DNA of 55,366 nt, from the NCBI GenBank assembly GCA_002104905.1, contig MCFE01000589.1, positions 1-55,366 on the forward strand, in the 5' to 3' direction. The position numbers and the translations under genes are program-made. How positions within the stretch are numbered: the stretch's first letter is position 1; each line of letters starts with the position of its first letter. Positions 1 to 16,103 of this stretch are shown here, one piece after another. The notes below the pieces were generated by a model that saw only the letters and a program-made list of their open reading frames with translations, was not told the DNA's origin and ran no database searches. This DNA comes from Basidiobolus meristosporus CBS 931.73. Its lineage: Eukaryota; Fungi; Basidiobolomycota.

Positions 1-2330
1 GGCAAACAGCTATGTTTCAGTGTTCCTACTGAGAATATTAATGTGGACTTTGCAGGCTCTCAGTCAAGGAGGTAAATGATAATCTCTGTGGAGCAGTAAG
101 CTGACTATGATGCTCAGGCATATGAGAATATAGCAAATGCAGTACCTCCAGTGGAAGACCAGCAAATGACCCTCATAACATTACCACTACTAGTATAAGC
201 AAATATGCTGTCAGCTTATACCAAAGCATTGATGAGTCAATCAGGTGCAGTGGCTAATAAGATAGTAGCAATGGCCCAGAGAAATCAGGAAATACTCTGG
301 AGACAGCATGCGCAGGTATCAAATGTAGACCAATCAATATCTTAGGTAGAGAGAGCTGTATTTAGGCTGCAAAGAAGGAACTCAAGTAGCTCCATGTCAC
401 ATTCCAGAACTGAGTCACTTCCCAATTTAATATCAGAGGAATACCATACAGTCTTTAAAGCACCACAACAGTGCCCAAAGATAAAGCCCAAGTAATGCCT
501 ATCACAGCATGTGAGGGAGAGACTGTGATCTTTATACCCCAGCCTGAAAATCAAAAGACATGCAAGATCCATAAAGTCAATGAGTGCAATCATGAAATGT
601 GCATCATTTTTTAAGAGTCTGTAAGAAGTCTAGCATGGCCTCACCTTAAGGACAGCATACCAGGGGCATTATCTTGAATTCAAGCTAGCAAATGAATTTT
701 GGGCCAGCATTGATATGCAATGAAGTATCTCAGAAATAGCAGACACTATCAAAGGAAGAAGAACAATGGTGCCATGGCTAAAAGCCAGTGGCATTCCTCA
801 AAAGCTTGTCACAGCAGGGCTGAAAGCTTGAAACAAGTGTCAAAGTGATGTGGTAGCCCAAAGAGTGCCGCTAAGAAACTAACAGGCAGAAACAGAAGCT
901 TCAGTGTGCTGTTTATCAAGGAAAGAAGTATAGTTCAATATAACAAGCACTCAGTCAAGGTATTAGTGAAGTGCTTGGCAGTGATACAAAGCTGCATCGC
1001 TTTCTACAGCCTGTCCCAAGCAGGGCTAAAAGCTCAAACAAGCAGCAAAGATACAACAGGTTGCCAGGAGAGTGCCAGTTAGGGACAAGCAGACCAATGC
1101 CTATGCATCAGTGAAGTATCTGTCAAGGAGGAAATGTAGTACAATACAAGAAGCACATGGTCAAAGTAGCAGTCAAAGACATGGCAGTGATAAAATTAAA
1201 GGTAAAGGGGAAAACATCTACCCAAGCCAGAGGCCAGGAAGCATAAGAAAAAAGTTGCAGTTATTACCAATTAATGCTGTCAGCCCACCACAGGCTGAAT
1301 TCTGTAATAGCCAAGAAGAATTACCAGCAAGATAACATCTAATTTTACTTGAGTTGGATGTGCATCCAGTTTAGCTACTCTCCAGTGAGATAGATGAGCT
1401 TGCAGAGGAGGGCAACTTGTCTATAGAGCCTTCACATCTTCCATTGCAGATAGAGTGCAGATCCCACTGACAGATAATGCAACAACATCAAGAATGCAGA
1501 AGACTATCACAAAGCCTACAGTGGAACTTTAGAACATCAATAGGCACACCAAGAGGTTGCAGTACTTCTTCAAGAGCAGTGCACAAGTGAATGCACTTGA
1601 ATATTGCAAGGATTTGTTGAAAAGACTGGCAGGTGAGGTGCTAGACCTTGTAGTACCAGCTGAAGACCAGGACATTGTTGTCAGAGTCTTTGAGATATGC
1701 AAAGGTAATTGCTTGCAGCTGAGGACATTGTGTAATGCATTTGAATGTAAAGGAACTCAACAAAAAAATATTGTATCCAAAAGAAAGGTGTAATAAAGCT
1801 CCTGAAAGGGTTAACTGAACCAACAAGACAATTAAGTACAGGATCTTAGAATTGTCAGAGAGTGTCATAAATATTAGCACAAGGATTCTGGTCTTATATT
1901 GGTCTTATATATAGCTGGGTTTGGCTATGAGAGCAATGGAGTTGGGTTGCTATGCAGGCTAGGCTTGGTGCTCTTGGGAGTGCTAGATATGCTAGGCATG
2001 GGTAGAGACTAGAAGAGAATTGTTGAGTTAATTTTGCTGAGACACAATCTTAACTTTGCCAATCCACACACTAAGCAAAAAGTTGCAGTAAAGTTTCATC
2101 ATACTTCTTCTGATCAAGTTGAATTAGTAAGCACCAAGAGACTGGATTAATTGAAATCCACTTGGATGTTGTTAGGCAGATAGAATATGTGAAAATGGCA
2201 TTATCAATTAGCTGATGTCCTGGCAACTGCAATGTGGTTGGATAGATCTCAGATGACTGGTCACCTGAGAAGGCATGGCAGATTGGTTGATAATATAATG
2301 ACCACATGGAAATGAATCAGGTGTGATAGC
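1..2330 (-). mobile_element. Decayed non-LTR retrotransposon relic (RT-like fragments, possibly CRE/R2-like); boundaries approximate
   Basis: Minus-strand frames broken by stops carry RT-like remnants: SGALLHLSFG...QAITFAYLKD (degenerate xAYxDD, ~1690-1810), LQPLGVPI (~1550), GMPLAFSHG (~780-800). I count only three CpG (311, 869, 999) in 1-2681. Confidence 0.5.
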
Positions 2331-2454
2331 CAAAATAGATTCTGAGACAGGATAAAATAAATTGTGTCTGGGATTAGTTATATTGGAGTTGAGAAAAATC
2401 AGTTAGGGTGCTGGATTTTCAAGCTTCAAGTAAACCTATAGGAATTCAGAGCAA

Positions 2455-2681
2455 GATCTTGTGGGATACTCTGATGATGATTGGGGACAAACTTAGAAGA
2501 CTGAAGATTCATCACAGGATACAACTTTCTTTACTGTAGAGGAGCAATTTAATGGAATTCAAGAAAGCAACCAACTGAGGTACTTTCTACAACAGAGGTA
2601 GGGTATATTGCAGCTGGTGAGGCTACAAAAGTAGTGATGTGGTTAAGAAAGCTTTTCAAAGACTTAGGCTTATGTCAAAAA
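2455..2681 (+). mobile_element. Ty1/copia reverse transcriptase-RNase H remnant (pseudogenised)
   Basis: Manual translation gives LVGYSDDDWGQT / LED*RFITGYNFLYCRGAI*WNSRKQPTEVLSTTEVGYIAAGEATKVVMWLRKLFKDLGL. This matches the copia consensus GYSDxDW...R..TGY.F...GAISW.S.KQ..VALST.EAEY, with stops and one frameshift. Confidence 0.85.
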
Positions 2682-3016
2682 TGTTGTATGAGTCTTGGAG
2701 ATATTGGAAGTGATTGGGAGGACAAGTAGATTATGTAGTTTTCACTTGATGATTTATTGAATGTAAAAGTAGTATCTATACTTTTTCATGGTCTTGGCGT
2801 TACAAACACGTATAATAGGCTAAGGAAGGTCCCAAGAACATGTGTGCAAAGTTTGGGGCTGTTTGGACAACTTATCTAATTTTCATGTTCTGGGTAAATA
2901 TTCTAAGTAAATCCCGACAAGGAATTTGGTCAGTATTCTCTAGGATTTGAAGGTAATGATCTAAGTGACTAAGTTAGGTGAATATTTAGGTGGAATTCCG
3001 AATTTTTTTTACAACA
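2682..3016 (+). mobile_element. LTR copy 1 (335 bp, TGTTGTA...TACAACA termini)
   Basis: 7-bp inverted termini; same length as, and clearly alignable to, the reverse complement of 31664-31998. No matching TSD (AAAAA vs ATTAT). Strand is relative only. Confidence 0.75.
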
Positions 3017-3588
3017 ATTATAACACAAGCAAAGGCAGTCATTGTCTGGTAAGATTGCGTAACAACGGCCGAAATACTTGAGTGTTACCCACGATAAGTA
3101 CATGCCATCCAGTAATTTTTAAAAGTGATATCGAAGGTCGATAGCGAAGATAGTGCTCTGGCTACTCGGCATGTACGTACTGCCAATCAGAAAGGCATAG
3201 TCTCTCTCAGAGTAAGGCTTGATGTGTTGCCCCTGGGGTTCAAGAATCTCACCGACGATATAGTGAGGTCGGCACAGCTAGCTTTGATCAAGAAGCTTTC
3301 AAGAAATATTGGTGTGGATATGTGGCTTGGCCACACTGGGAAGTATCAGCACGCGTTACTAGTGATGTGTGGTACAACGATGATGAGAAGCTTCACCAGA
3401 TGGTAAATTTAGAAATATCGGGATCCAACACCACACTTTGTAATTTAATCAGTTATTATGCATGATTATGGCGGAAGGTTACATGATCGCTTGGATTAAG
3501 AAAGGTGAGTTTGGACGCAGGTTTTCGGGTCTTGGTGGCCGCAGGAAGAAATCCCGATGGACAAAGGTAAGAACGACAAGCATGGATC

Positions 3589-5150
3589 TCAGGAACACGT
3601 CTTCGATACTCTTTGGGGCTGAGCTGGATGGGTGCCTCGTTCTGGCACCTGAGGTAGGATGCTGGCACTGAGCTGCGGTCGGTAGGTGAGCATAGCGGAA
3701 TAGCTGTCGGTCTGAAAACGCTCAGGCATTAAGCAAAAGAAAACCTTACGAGCCACGGTGTCGAACCAAGACTATGAAATAGCAAAGGTTAGCGAATCCA
3801 ACAGGCGTGCCCCCACAACTCGCCAACTCACCTGACCGGCCACGACACGAGCCATGCGTCTACTGCGCTCGAGCTCAGCAACCGCGTGCGGATACCGCTC
3901 CTGATAATACTCTTCAAATGCGCCGGCGATTTTCTCGCTGCTTGGCTTTTCACGGCCAGTTATGGAGAACAGAGCATTCGTCAGGATTACCGCGTCAAGC
4001 ATGGCGTTGACCGCACCGCGGCCCGAATTCGGAAGCATCTTGTGGCATGAATCGCCGATGAGCACCACTCTCCCATGGTGCCACGTCTCATAGAGCTTCT
4101 CTTCCAGCACCACTTTCGAGATAGTGTCCTCCGGGGTGTTCTTGATAAGGTCGCCCATGGTGCCGCCGATCGGGATCGGGAAATTGTGCCAGCTTTCAGG
4201 AATATCCGTCTTGATCCTGGACTGAGTGCCCCACTCGGGCAGATTGGCTGCGGATTTGCCGTTTTTGTAGGCCAGGTGATGGTCAATTCTCCAGCAAATA
4301 CGATTGCCCGGGATCGTGAAGTATCGCCACTATTGCTTGTTTGTTAGTGCGAAATGCCTCGATCTAGATAGATAGTGACAACCTGCCATACCGTGTTGGG
4401 CTTGTCTTTCCCAATGACACTCTCGTATCGCGTACCTGGCTCCAGTAAAACCGGGTACTTCTGTGGATCCATCGGACCTGTAATGCCAAGAACACTCATG
4501 TGCCAGGCGGTTAGCTTCTCATCATCAGCCTTGGGAAGAATTCCCCGAGATTTCATGTCCTCGTAGAGGCTGTGCCGCACCTTTGAGTAGGCACCATCGG
4601 ACCCAATGAGAATATCGCCAGTGTGGGTGGAACCATCGGCGCAGTGGATGCTAACCTTATCAGAATCCTGCTCAATGGACAGGACCTTTTTGCCCAGGTG
4701 GACCTTTTCTTTAGGGACACGAGAGAGCAGCAGGGCATGAAGGTCTGGCCTGGCCATACTGCGGGAAACATAGCCGCACCTGGTTGAACACCCGGTTTGT
4801 ATTTAGAAGTAGGAAACGAAGGACAAATACGGGCATACGTACTGTTTGGCGTACTTTTCATAGTCGATGATACCAATGCGTCTCATGCTCTCTCTGTATA
4901 CATTGACCTTGCTAGAAGGCTTGGATATCGTGTACAGCTCGTCCAAAAGTCCAAGTTGCTCGAATAGGGGAAGGACATTTGGGCCTAGGTTGGTGGCACT
5001 GCCAAGGGCTCGAACCTCGCTGCTTCGTTCATAAACCTGGTAGTCGATCCCTGCCTCTTGTAGGAGGATGGCCATTGTGAGGCCACCAAGGCCGGCGCCT
5101 ATGATCATGACCGAAAATGGAGGCTCTGCTCCGGCTGGAGGAAGTGTCAT
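3589..5150 (-). CDS. FAD-dependent monooxygenase (FAD_binding_3, aromatic-ring hydroxylase family), multi-exon
   Basis: GAGLGG Rossmann motif, DILIGSDGAYS (DG motif), RVVLIGDSCHKMLPNSGRGAVNAMLDA (GD motif). The last exon SWFDTVARKVFF...YRPQ...RVSKTCS* ends at TGA 3589-3591; GT-AG introns join the ORF-track pieces. Confidence 0.9.
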
Positions 5151-5399
5151 GGTAGAATATCAGTTAGATGTACGTTTTTAGAGTTGCGACTTTGCCAGCT
5201 CTTGACTGAAGAGGGGTCGACCGAGTGTGATGTGGAGAAATCGAAGTGTATGTCTTGAATATGCTGGTGCGGAAGAGCAATAAATAAGAAATTCCAATAA
5301 TGAGATCCGGGATTAACGCAACGTGCGATCAACAGTGCTAAGGGGCCGAAACGGGAATAGTGTTACGTTCTATTGGGTACATGGAGCAAGGCAACGCTT

Positions 5400-6450
5400 T
5401 TATGTACATATTGCCCCATGCGTGGGCCGTGGGAGTACGGCACTGCTGATGCACCTCCCCTGAACGGGAAGTGATTAGCAAGTCCATTGTATTGAAGCTG
5501 GATAATACCCGTTTGTTCCAATCCTTGGTAACTATTGAAAATCGGCATATGTCTCTCCAAGCCACTTTTGGAGGCCTAAGCGATGACTTCATTGTAGCTT
5601 TCCTCGTTCATTTCGAGATGAGATTTCGTCTATTTCAATCGGTTGTTGAGAACAATTGCTGATGCTCGACTCTTCTATGTCTCTGTATGCCAATGCTGGT
5701 GGCATATTTGAAAACGCATATCGCATACTTTTCCCAGTATGTTGACCCCTATCAAGCAAGTCTCATATGTTTGATATTGCGATGGTGGAGTTTGGCTGAT
5801 GCATCAACTATTCCCATACCACTTTTTGAGCAATGTCAATATGGGCGACTGATAGCATCGTCCTGAACCACCCATTCTACTGGCTAACCAATATCTTCAA
5901 TGATTTGCACATTACACGGCTAGTTGCACAAATGTCTTAGCGCCACGTAGCATCCAATGCCTGAACTGAGGCTGGATGATTTGGCAACTTGCTCTGCTTT
6001 GAATGATTCGTGGCCTAGAGTTTAGACAAAATTGAGTAAACTTTGTCTTAAGAGCGTTGATCGGGTATAAGCCTATGCATGGGGACTAATATGAGTAGGC
6101 GGAATTCACGGTGAAATATTTGGTTTAGCAACTGCATTACCTAAAGTGTCCACCTTGCTGGCTAATACACTCGGTAATACTGTCATTCGATTTTATCGCC
6201 ATCATATTGGCAGACTCCTTCAGTCGGCAAGCCCTGGCACCTAGCTTATTCATTTCAAAATTATCTAAAGCCCCAACTAGACTGGTTCCTTGATTGTGAA
6301 TCAAGAACTTGAGGTATAGTTGATATGATATTGGCAATTCTTTGAATTAGTGGAGCTATCAAAGCTTTCAAGTTTATCCAATTGACCCCAAGCTTTCTAG
6401 CTCTTTTGAACAAAACCCAAATATGTTCTTCCAATTCAATGAGCTAAGGA
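5400..6450 (-). mobile_element. Possible highly decayed L1/Tx1-like LINE remnant
   Basis: Minus frame EWVVQDDAISRPY*HCSKSGMGIVDASAKL...STYWEKY (~5730-5890) resembles the post-RT 'W......P...GGLGI.D' motif of L1/Tx1 elements; many stops; boundaries uncertain. Confidence 0.3.
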
Positions 6451-8344
6451 GTGAATCTTTTTTGTTACTTTTATTCTCCAGATTACTGTTAGCAAGTAGT
6501 AATCTAATACTCAACTTTTATCACGTCAATTTGAGGAAGGTCTTTCACTTGAGACAGGCTTAGTACGTGAAAAGTCAAGTAATTGGTCACTAGGGATGAC
6601 AGTAGGCCAAGCTCTAGTATAACCAATTTTTTGAAAGGTGTGTGATTTTAAGGACTTGAATGGTTGATAACTTCCATGTGGTACTTCAGTAGCGTGTAAG
6701 GAAAGGTTGTGCCAGAAGTAGCATACGTATGCATTAATGGCTCCAAATTACTCCCAATCACCAGTTGAGCTTAACATGTAGCATGCATACTGTTGCCACA
6801 GGCCTTTGGATCTAAGCATCATCAGCCTATATTACAATGTTACTTGTGTAGTACATAGTGTACATACCCTGGACCTCAGTGGGGAAAGATCAAGTGAATG
6901 AGTAGTGTCTTGGGGTAGGCCTTTTCATCGACTCTAGAGGGCTTCCATTGCTCCCTAATAAAGACCTAATCTCTCCACTAATAATGTTGAACTGGATGCT
7001 TCGGAGCAGTGGCATTGGTTTGGCCACGGCATCAACCAATGATTTTGACAGCCACTGCCCCTTGAGCATACCTTGGTATTATGAAAGCACGAAACTGTCC
7101 TGGAAGAAAGAGTAACCATGCACTCCGCTCCATTTGCTGCGGATCAGAAGGAGGGTACTTCGATACTTTGTACCGACAGGACGCAGCCGCGAATCCCAAC
7201 TCGGCCCAATCGAAAATCCTCAAAAGTCTGGTGTGAGGACGTGAGCGTGACGCATACTGTGGGATTTCTGGTTTTCGCGGCACCTTACAGCAGAGAGGAT
7301 TGACAAAGGTAGGACCGCCAGCGCGACAAAGCATCCAATCCAGTTTCGGCAGTGCCATGAGGCATCGACGAGATCCCGCAAGACTTGGTGCCCCACCCCG
7401 AATACATCTGTATGTGAGTAAGGTTGGAGCTTGTGGGGATAAGAACTAATCCTTTGCTAATTGCAGCAAAGACGGCTTCGTTGCGGTCAACCCAGGCCAG
7501 GATCCGACATAGAAAAGATCAACAACAATCCTGACCTGCAATTCATCCCATTCATCGGAGGTACACATCGCATGAAGATACGTGCCAACCCTCGTGGCAA
7601 AGGACATCAGGATCCAGCTTCTCCACCAAGAACACTGGAGTGAGATGACACAACCGGATGACCAAGTTGGAATGCAAACCAGTTATTTCTGGATGGATCT
7701 GGGAATTGTCATGCATCTGATGGAGGAACCGTATCAAGGACCGTATCAAGCAACACATCATTGTTCACTCATCTGGTCAAGTGACACGCCAGCAACTACC
7801 CAACAACCACAAGATGATGGTGGCAATTCGTTCATCATGATCACAAAGGCGAGGGCGAAGGTGATTCGGATTTAGGAAGAAAGAAGGCGGGCATTTGGAG
7901 TGCTGGTGGCTTACTCCTATTCCTGCTCACACAACATGAAGTGCGGGGTACTGTCCGCATATCGGAACTAAAAGACGGCACGAGCTCAGATGGGCAAATG
8001 GGAGAATAAGGGAATTTCAGGGAGCGATGTTATGGTCGGGTGGGTTTTAGAAGTATCTAGATCCTGGCCACAATTCAGGGGATTTCTGGCGTCACATCCA
8101 TGATCACATTACAGCCAACACATCAAGCGCATCCCACTCTACACATTCCACATCTCCCTACGCAGCGATTCACACCCATCCGCACCCATTCGTCGACACG
8201 GGATCCACCCGTTCCCTATTTAATCCGACGCCCTCTCTCCGCTGGACTGAATTGTGTTCTTTGTGACGGTTTATTCCCCTTTTCCATTGGTCACTCCTTT
8301 CTTCTCATTGACTCCTCCCACCCACATCGCTAACCATCGAAGTC

Positions 8345-9661
8345 ATGAGCGGAAATCACGAGGATCTCGAGCTCTCCTTTGAAAATGTCATGTTCGACAA
8401 CGACTCCCACTCAGAGACGCAGAGCGACTCCGCTGAATCCCCCGCGAACGAGAACAGTGAGAGGTCGAGCCAGGAAGGCAGTGGCAAATCGGGTGGTGGC
8501 CCACTGAAGGTATCCGTAGCCATGTGTGGGTCCAGCAATCAACATTGTACTGACTGCATGGCTTCCCTGTAGGTCGAAGTGGAACCCATTCAAGGGGAGA
8601 TCATTTCTACCGCGGTGGTGATCAAGAATATCCCCTTTTCTGCCAAGAGAGACACCCTGCTATCTTCATTGGTATAGTGGTCACCGTAACCATCCCCACC
8701 TCCATCAGCATTCTAAACGTGTTCGGGGATTAGGCCGCCTTGTCGTTGCCAAAGCCCTACGCCCTAAACTACCACTACGACAACGGGGCGTTCCGTGGCC
8801 TGGCCTTCGCCAACTTCAAGACGGCGGAGGAGACGGATCAGGTCATCGCCCAGCTCAACGGATACGAGATCGGCGGACGGAAATTGAAGGTCGAGCACAA
8901 GCGCACAGTCCTTGGAGGAGTGGAAGGCAAGAAGGACCCCGACAGACTGGGGGTTGAGAAGTCCAAGAAGGAGAAACTCAAGAAAGGGGAGAAGTCGAAG
9001 TCGGTCCCGACGTCTCCGATGGCCGGTAAGTGGAAAGTGATGAATGGGGTGGGTGGGTGTGGGCCACTGATTCATCCCCTCCCCTCTCAATTCTCTAGAT
9101 TCCGGCAATCTGCTTGAAATGCTAGAAGACCCTGAGGTGCGCGAGGTCTACGACAAGATGGTTGCATTCAGAGACGATCTAACCAAAGAGGAACTGACCA
9201 TCTTCCTCTCACCCACCACGATCACCAAGAAGATCGTCCACACCCTCGCCCAGAAGCTGGGGATGCTTCACAAAAGTGAGACGGAAGGGAACCGAAAATG
9301 CTCCAAGGTGTATCGTAAGGCGACCCCGATCAAAACCCAGCTGGCGAAGAAGCTGCCCATCCCCATTGCTCGGTCCCGACTCTCCCCCGGACCGGTGTCG
9401 AAGTTCTCCAAGAGCATGGGGGACCTGGGCCAGCATTCGCCTTCCTCCCGCTCGCCGTTCCGAAGCAGCTTCAAGCTGCCAGACGGATTTCCCTCGGTCG
9501 TACCCATACGTCAGCCCAGAGGGCCTGACCTGGAGCGCAACTTCGCCAATCGCAGTCGAAAGGGGCCAGTCAGTAATCTGAATCCCAAGTTCACGCTGAC
9601 CCCGGCCGAGAACAACACCGACCAAGCGGCTCCGTTGAGTGCCCTTGCGCCAGTCTACTGA
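8345..9661 (+). CDS. RRM + R3H RNA-binding protein (Pin4/Cip2-like), 4 exons
   Basis: Spliced RRM: AVVIKNIPF...YALNYHYDNGAFRGLAFANF...LNGYEIGGRKLKVEHKR; R3H-like KKIVHTLAQKLGMLHKSETEG; GT-AG introns after 8510, 8672 and ~9026. Confidence 0.85.
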
Positions 9662-10136
9662 GACTTGGTGGGTGTGTAGACCCGCAATATCCATATAACT
9701 TACCAGTGTTTAGATATGTATTTAAGGCCACCGTGGGCCATCCTTCCTTAACTTAACATCAGTGTATTTATAGCTGGTTGGTTGAAGGACACCTTCCCCC
9801 CTGAAAATAAACCAACCTTTTTCGTTACGTACGTACGGATGGCCGTTGACCGCGCCACATACCAGATGGATCCATTGCACGGGTCTGAGGCTCACATATA
9901 AACACCAGTATTGTTGTTGGCAATTTATTCTTTCGTCTCGTGGGGAACCTTCACCCTCCCCCAAACGAATGAACAGCGTAAGAAAGGGTTTAGGGGAGCT
10001 GGATTCCCCCTGGAAAACCACATTAACCTCGAAGAAGTCCCAAGGGGGTCTTAGGGCTAGGCCATAATTAGGCGTAAAAAATCGGTGGCCGCGAGAGGGG
10101 CCTCACGTCGTATTGGGGAAAAGTCGAACCGGTGAG

Positions 10137-10505
10137 TCAGTTGGGCAGATTCTCCTCCAGGTACTTTTTTATCCGTAACAGCATGTCGGCCTTGATGTCT
10201 TCCGGCACGGTACCCCTCGCGTGGGGGGTAATCTGGGAGACCATCTCGTTCACGGAAACTCCGGTGACCCCATCGGTCTTCAGCTTCTCCTTGACCATCT
10301 CAGAGCACTGGCTCTTGATGTTCTCCAGCCAACCGCACTCTCGCAGCCGCTCCTGCAGTAGGGATTGCAACCTGGAAACGAGAGTTAGCCGGGCAAGAAA
10401 AAGGAAGAGGCGACTAAACGCCGGTTACCTATCCTTCTCCCCTGATTCGGTGAACTTCTGACAGAGGGAGATGCGGATCCTCTCTTCTTCGGTATTTCCA
10501 GCCAT
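10137..10505 (-). CDS. SUS1: Sus1/ENY2 (SAGA DUB and TREX-2 subunit), 2 exons
   Basis: MAGNTEEERIRISLCQKFTESGEKD|RLQSLLQERLRECGWLENIK...EMVSQITPHARGTVPEDIKADMLLRIKKYL matches the ENY2 pattern (ESGE.E.L...L..RL.ECGW...TP.AR..VP..VK). Confidence 0.9.
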
Positions 10506-10862
10506 TCAAGTTGTACGTGTGTCCAGGTGAAAAAGCAATCCAATGGGGGAATCAAGATCAAGTGAATTATACCACATCATTCCACACATCATTCGGATGA
10601 AAAGAAATTTGTTGTTGATTTGTGAACCCAGATTGGGAGGGCGGATGATGAGGCTAGCTACTTGTATCGAATCATACAACAATATATTTCTTTAATGACG
10701 TTATAGCTTTCTTGACGAATATATTGTTAACAGGGACTTTCGATAGGATAAAGAGCAAAAGTATCCTAAGGGTAGTGCATCTATTCTATCAGAATAGGGG
10801 AGTAAACGGTTAGATTGGATACAGTTTCTAGAGGTGGTGAGAGTTCGTACAGGGGAGGGCGA

Positions 10863-12091
<1,229 letters not shown>

Positions 12092-12543
12092 CTGAGTTAA
12101 GGAATGACAAGACATGTGGTGCAAAAACACACTTCCAAACAACACGCAAAGGATATAAGAAGTCATCTGGGGTAGATTGAACGGATTCGAGAGGCTTCAG
12201 GAGAAATGAGATTAAGTGGGAGGGGTTGGAATAAGAAGCAGTTAAGTTGTGGTTCACGCTTTGAATTGGAATAGTTAAATTAAAGCACCAAGCATTAGCA
12301 GAATTTTTGTGTTCATCGTGACACATTAGGGTGACTGGGTTCTTATTGAAAAGATAATCTAATTTGCAGTGACTGATTGCATTGATTGTGGGGGATTCAA
12401 CAAAGCCAAATCGCACCGATTCCAACAATGACGTGAACTGGCACGTTGGTTACAACAACCGGCAAACAAAGCATAACCACGACTACGGGCTGGGGAAGAG
12501 TGTGTTTTCAAATGTTTATTTATTATCTAGAAGGTGTGTCGAT

Positions 12544-13047
12544 TTAAACAACAGTACCGGAGCTAGAGGCAATTCTGGGCCACAAATCGGCGCACTCCTT
12601 ACCGACAGGACCGGTAATGGCAGAACCCTTCATTTCACCCTTAGGGTTGACAATGACACCAGCGTTATCTTCGAAGTAAAGGAAGACACCGTCGCGTCTA
12701 CGCCAGGCCTTGCGTTGACGAATGACAACAGCGGGCATAACCTTCTTACGAAGATCGGGCTTACCCTTCTTGACGGTAGCCATGACCATATCTCCAACAC
12801 CAGCGGCAGGAAGACGGTTCAATCTACCCTTGATACCGGTGACGGCAATGATGTAGAGGTTCTTGGCTCCAGAGTTATCGGCGCAGTTGATAACAGCGCC
12901 TACTGGGAGACCCAAAGACATACGAAACTTGTTTCCTGCAGCTCCTCCGCGTCCTGAAGAGAAGTGAAAGGTTAGTGTGAATCTTTACAAGCATCGGGAT
13001 CCATCCATTCAGGAAATCAGTCTCGTTGACGTACCGCGCTTAGACAT
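12544..13047 (-). CDS. RPL23: 60S ribosomal protein L23 (uL14), 2 exons
   Basis: Exon 1 MSKRG (13047-13035), then ...[25 protein letters not shown]...[18 protein letters not shown]. Confidence 0.97.
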
Positions 13048-13415
13048 CTTGCTCTGTAAGGTGTTGAGAAAAGAACGACCCTCAGATCGTCGGGCCTGGT
13101 TTTGTCTCTTGATCCATCAATCGCCGCTCAACAACCCTTTGGATTAGCAGGGGTAGTCGGCAGCTTTTTTTCCGACTTAACCTGTGCACTGATTTGATCA
13201 ACCTGCACCTAGCTATGGATTTAAGCAAGAAGCCGTGGATTTAGGCAGCAAGTTAGTCGGGGTTTGGCGAGCCTCATTTGCGGAAGAAAAAAGGAATTTT
13301 TTTGATGGGCAAGGGGTTCGGGAACTCGATGGGTGGGGGAGACAAGTTTAAAAAGCAAATTTTACAAATGGAACACTCCTTTCACTAATTCTTGGCAAAT
13401 ACTCCTAATACCACA
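13048..13415. promoter_or_regulatory. Bidirectional promoter shared by RPL23 and RPL27
   Basis: 368 bp between divergent start codons; contains repeated TGGATTTA(A/G)GCA at 13216 and 13236. Confidence 0.65.
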
Positions 13416-13904
13416 ATGGTGAAGTTCATCAAGCCCGGTAAGGTGAGTCGACGGGAATATTGGGGTGGAACGGAACATTTATCCTTGGAACTTCACTAAA
13501 CCATCCATCGTCTTTTCCAGGTTGCTATCGTTCTCCAAGGTCGTTATGCCGGTAAGAAGGTCGTCGTCGTCAAGAACTTTGACGAGGGTACCAAGGAGCG
13601 TCCCTATGGTCACGCCATTGTTGCCGGTGTTGAAAGATACCCCCTCAAGGTAAACAAGTCCATGGGTAAGAAGCGTATCTCCAAGCGCTCCAAGGTCAAG
13701 CCTTTCATCAAGGTTGTCAACTACAACCACATCATGCCCACTCGTTACGGTTTGGAATTGGAGGAGATCAAGAAGTCCGTCTCCACCGAATCTTTCCAAG
13801 ATCCCACTCAAAGAGCCGCCTCCAAGAAGACTGTCAAGAAGCTCTTCGAGGAACGTTATACTACCGGCAAGAACAAGTGGTTCTTCACCAAGCTCAGATT
13901 CTAA
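13416..13904 (+). CDS. RPL27: 60S ribosomal protein L27 (eL27), 2 exons
   Basis: MVKFIKPGK|[44 protein letters not shown]...[16 protein letters not shown]...[12 protein letters not shown]. Confidence 0.97.
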
Positions 13905-14174
13905 ATTTCGTGTTTTCCCCTTGGTCCTGCGATTAGTTTGCCGATCTAGCGAGGACAATTATTCGCGGTTGCTCGTGAGTGACTGTGGATAAGAGAAAGC
14001 CCAAAATAAATCTTTTCAAGCTGAACTCTCGTTTGTTGTGTCGTTATGTGTATATGTCAGTGTATTTGTTTTCGGTGTGTGATTCATGAAGAGAGAAGGT
14101 GCGCTTGGATACGTTGCAGAGTTTTGAAGATTTATTAATGTATAAAGGGTAACTTGAATACACGGTGATGAGAC

Positions 14175-16103
<1,929 letters not shown>

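Noticed and set aside
3125-3406. 93-aa plus-strand ORF and a protein-like antisense frame
   Set aside because: Non-ATG start, no motif, and stops in the antisense frame; no family can be supported.
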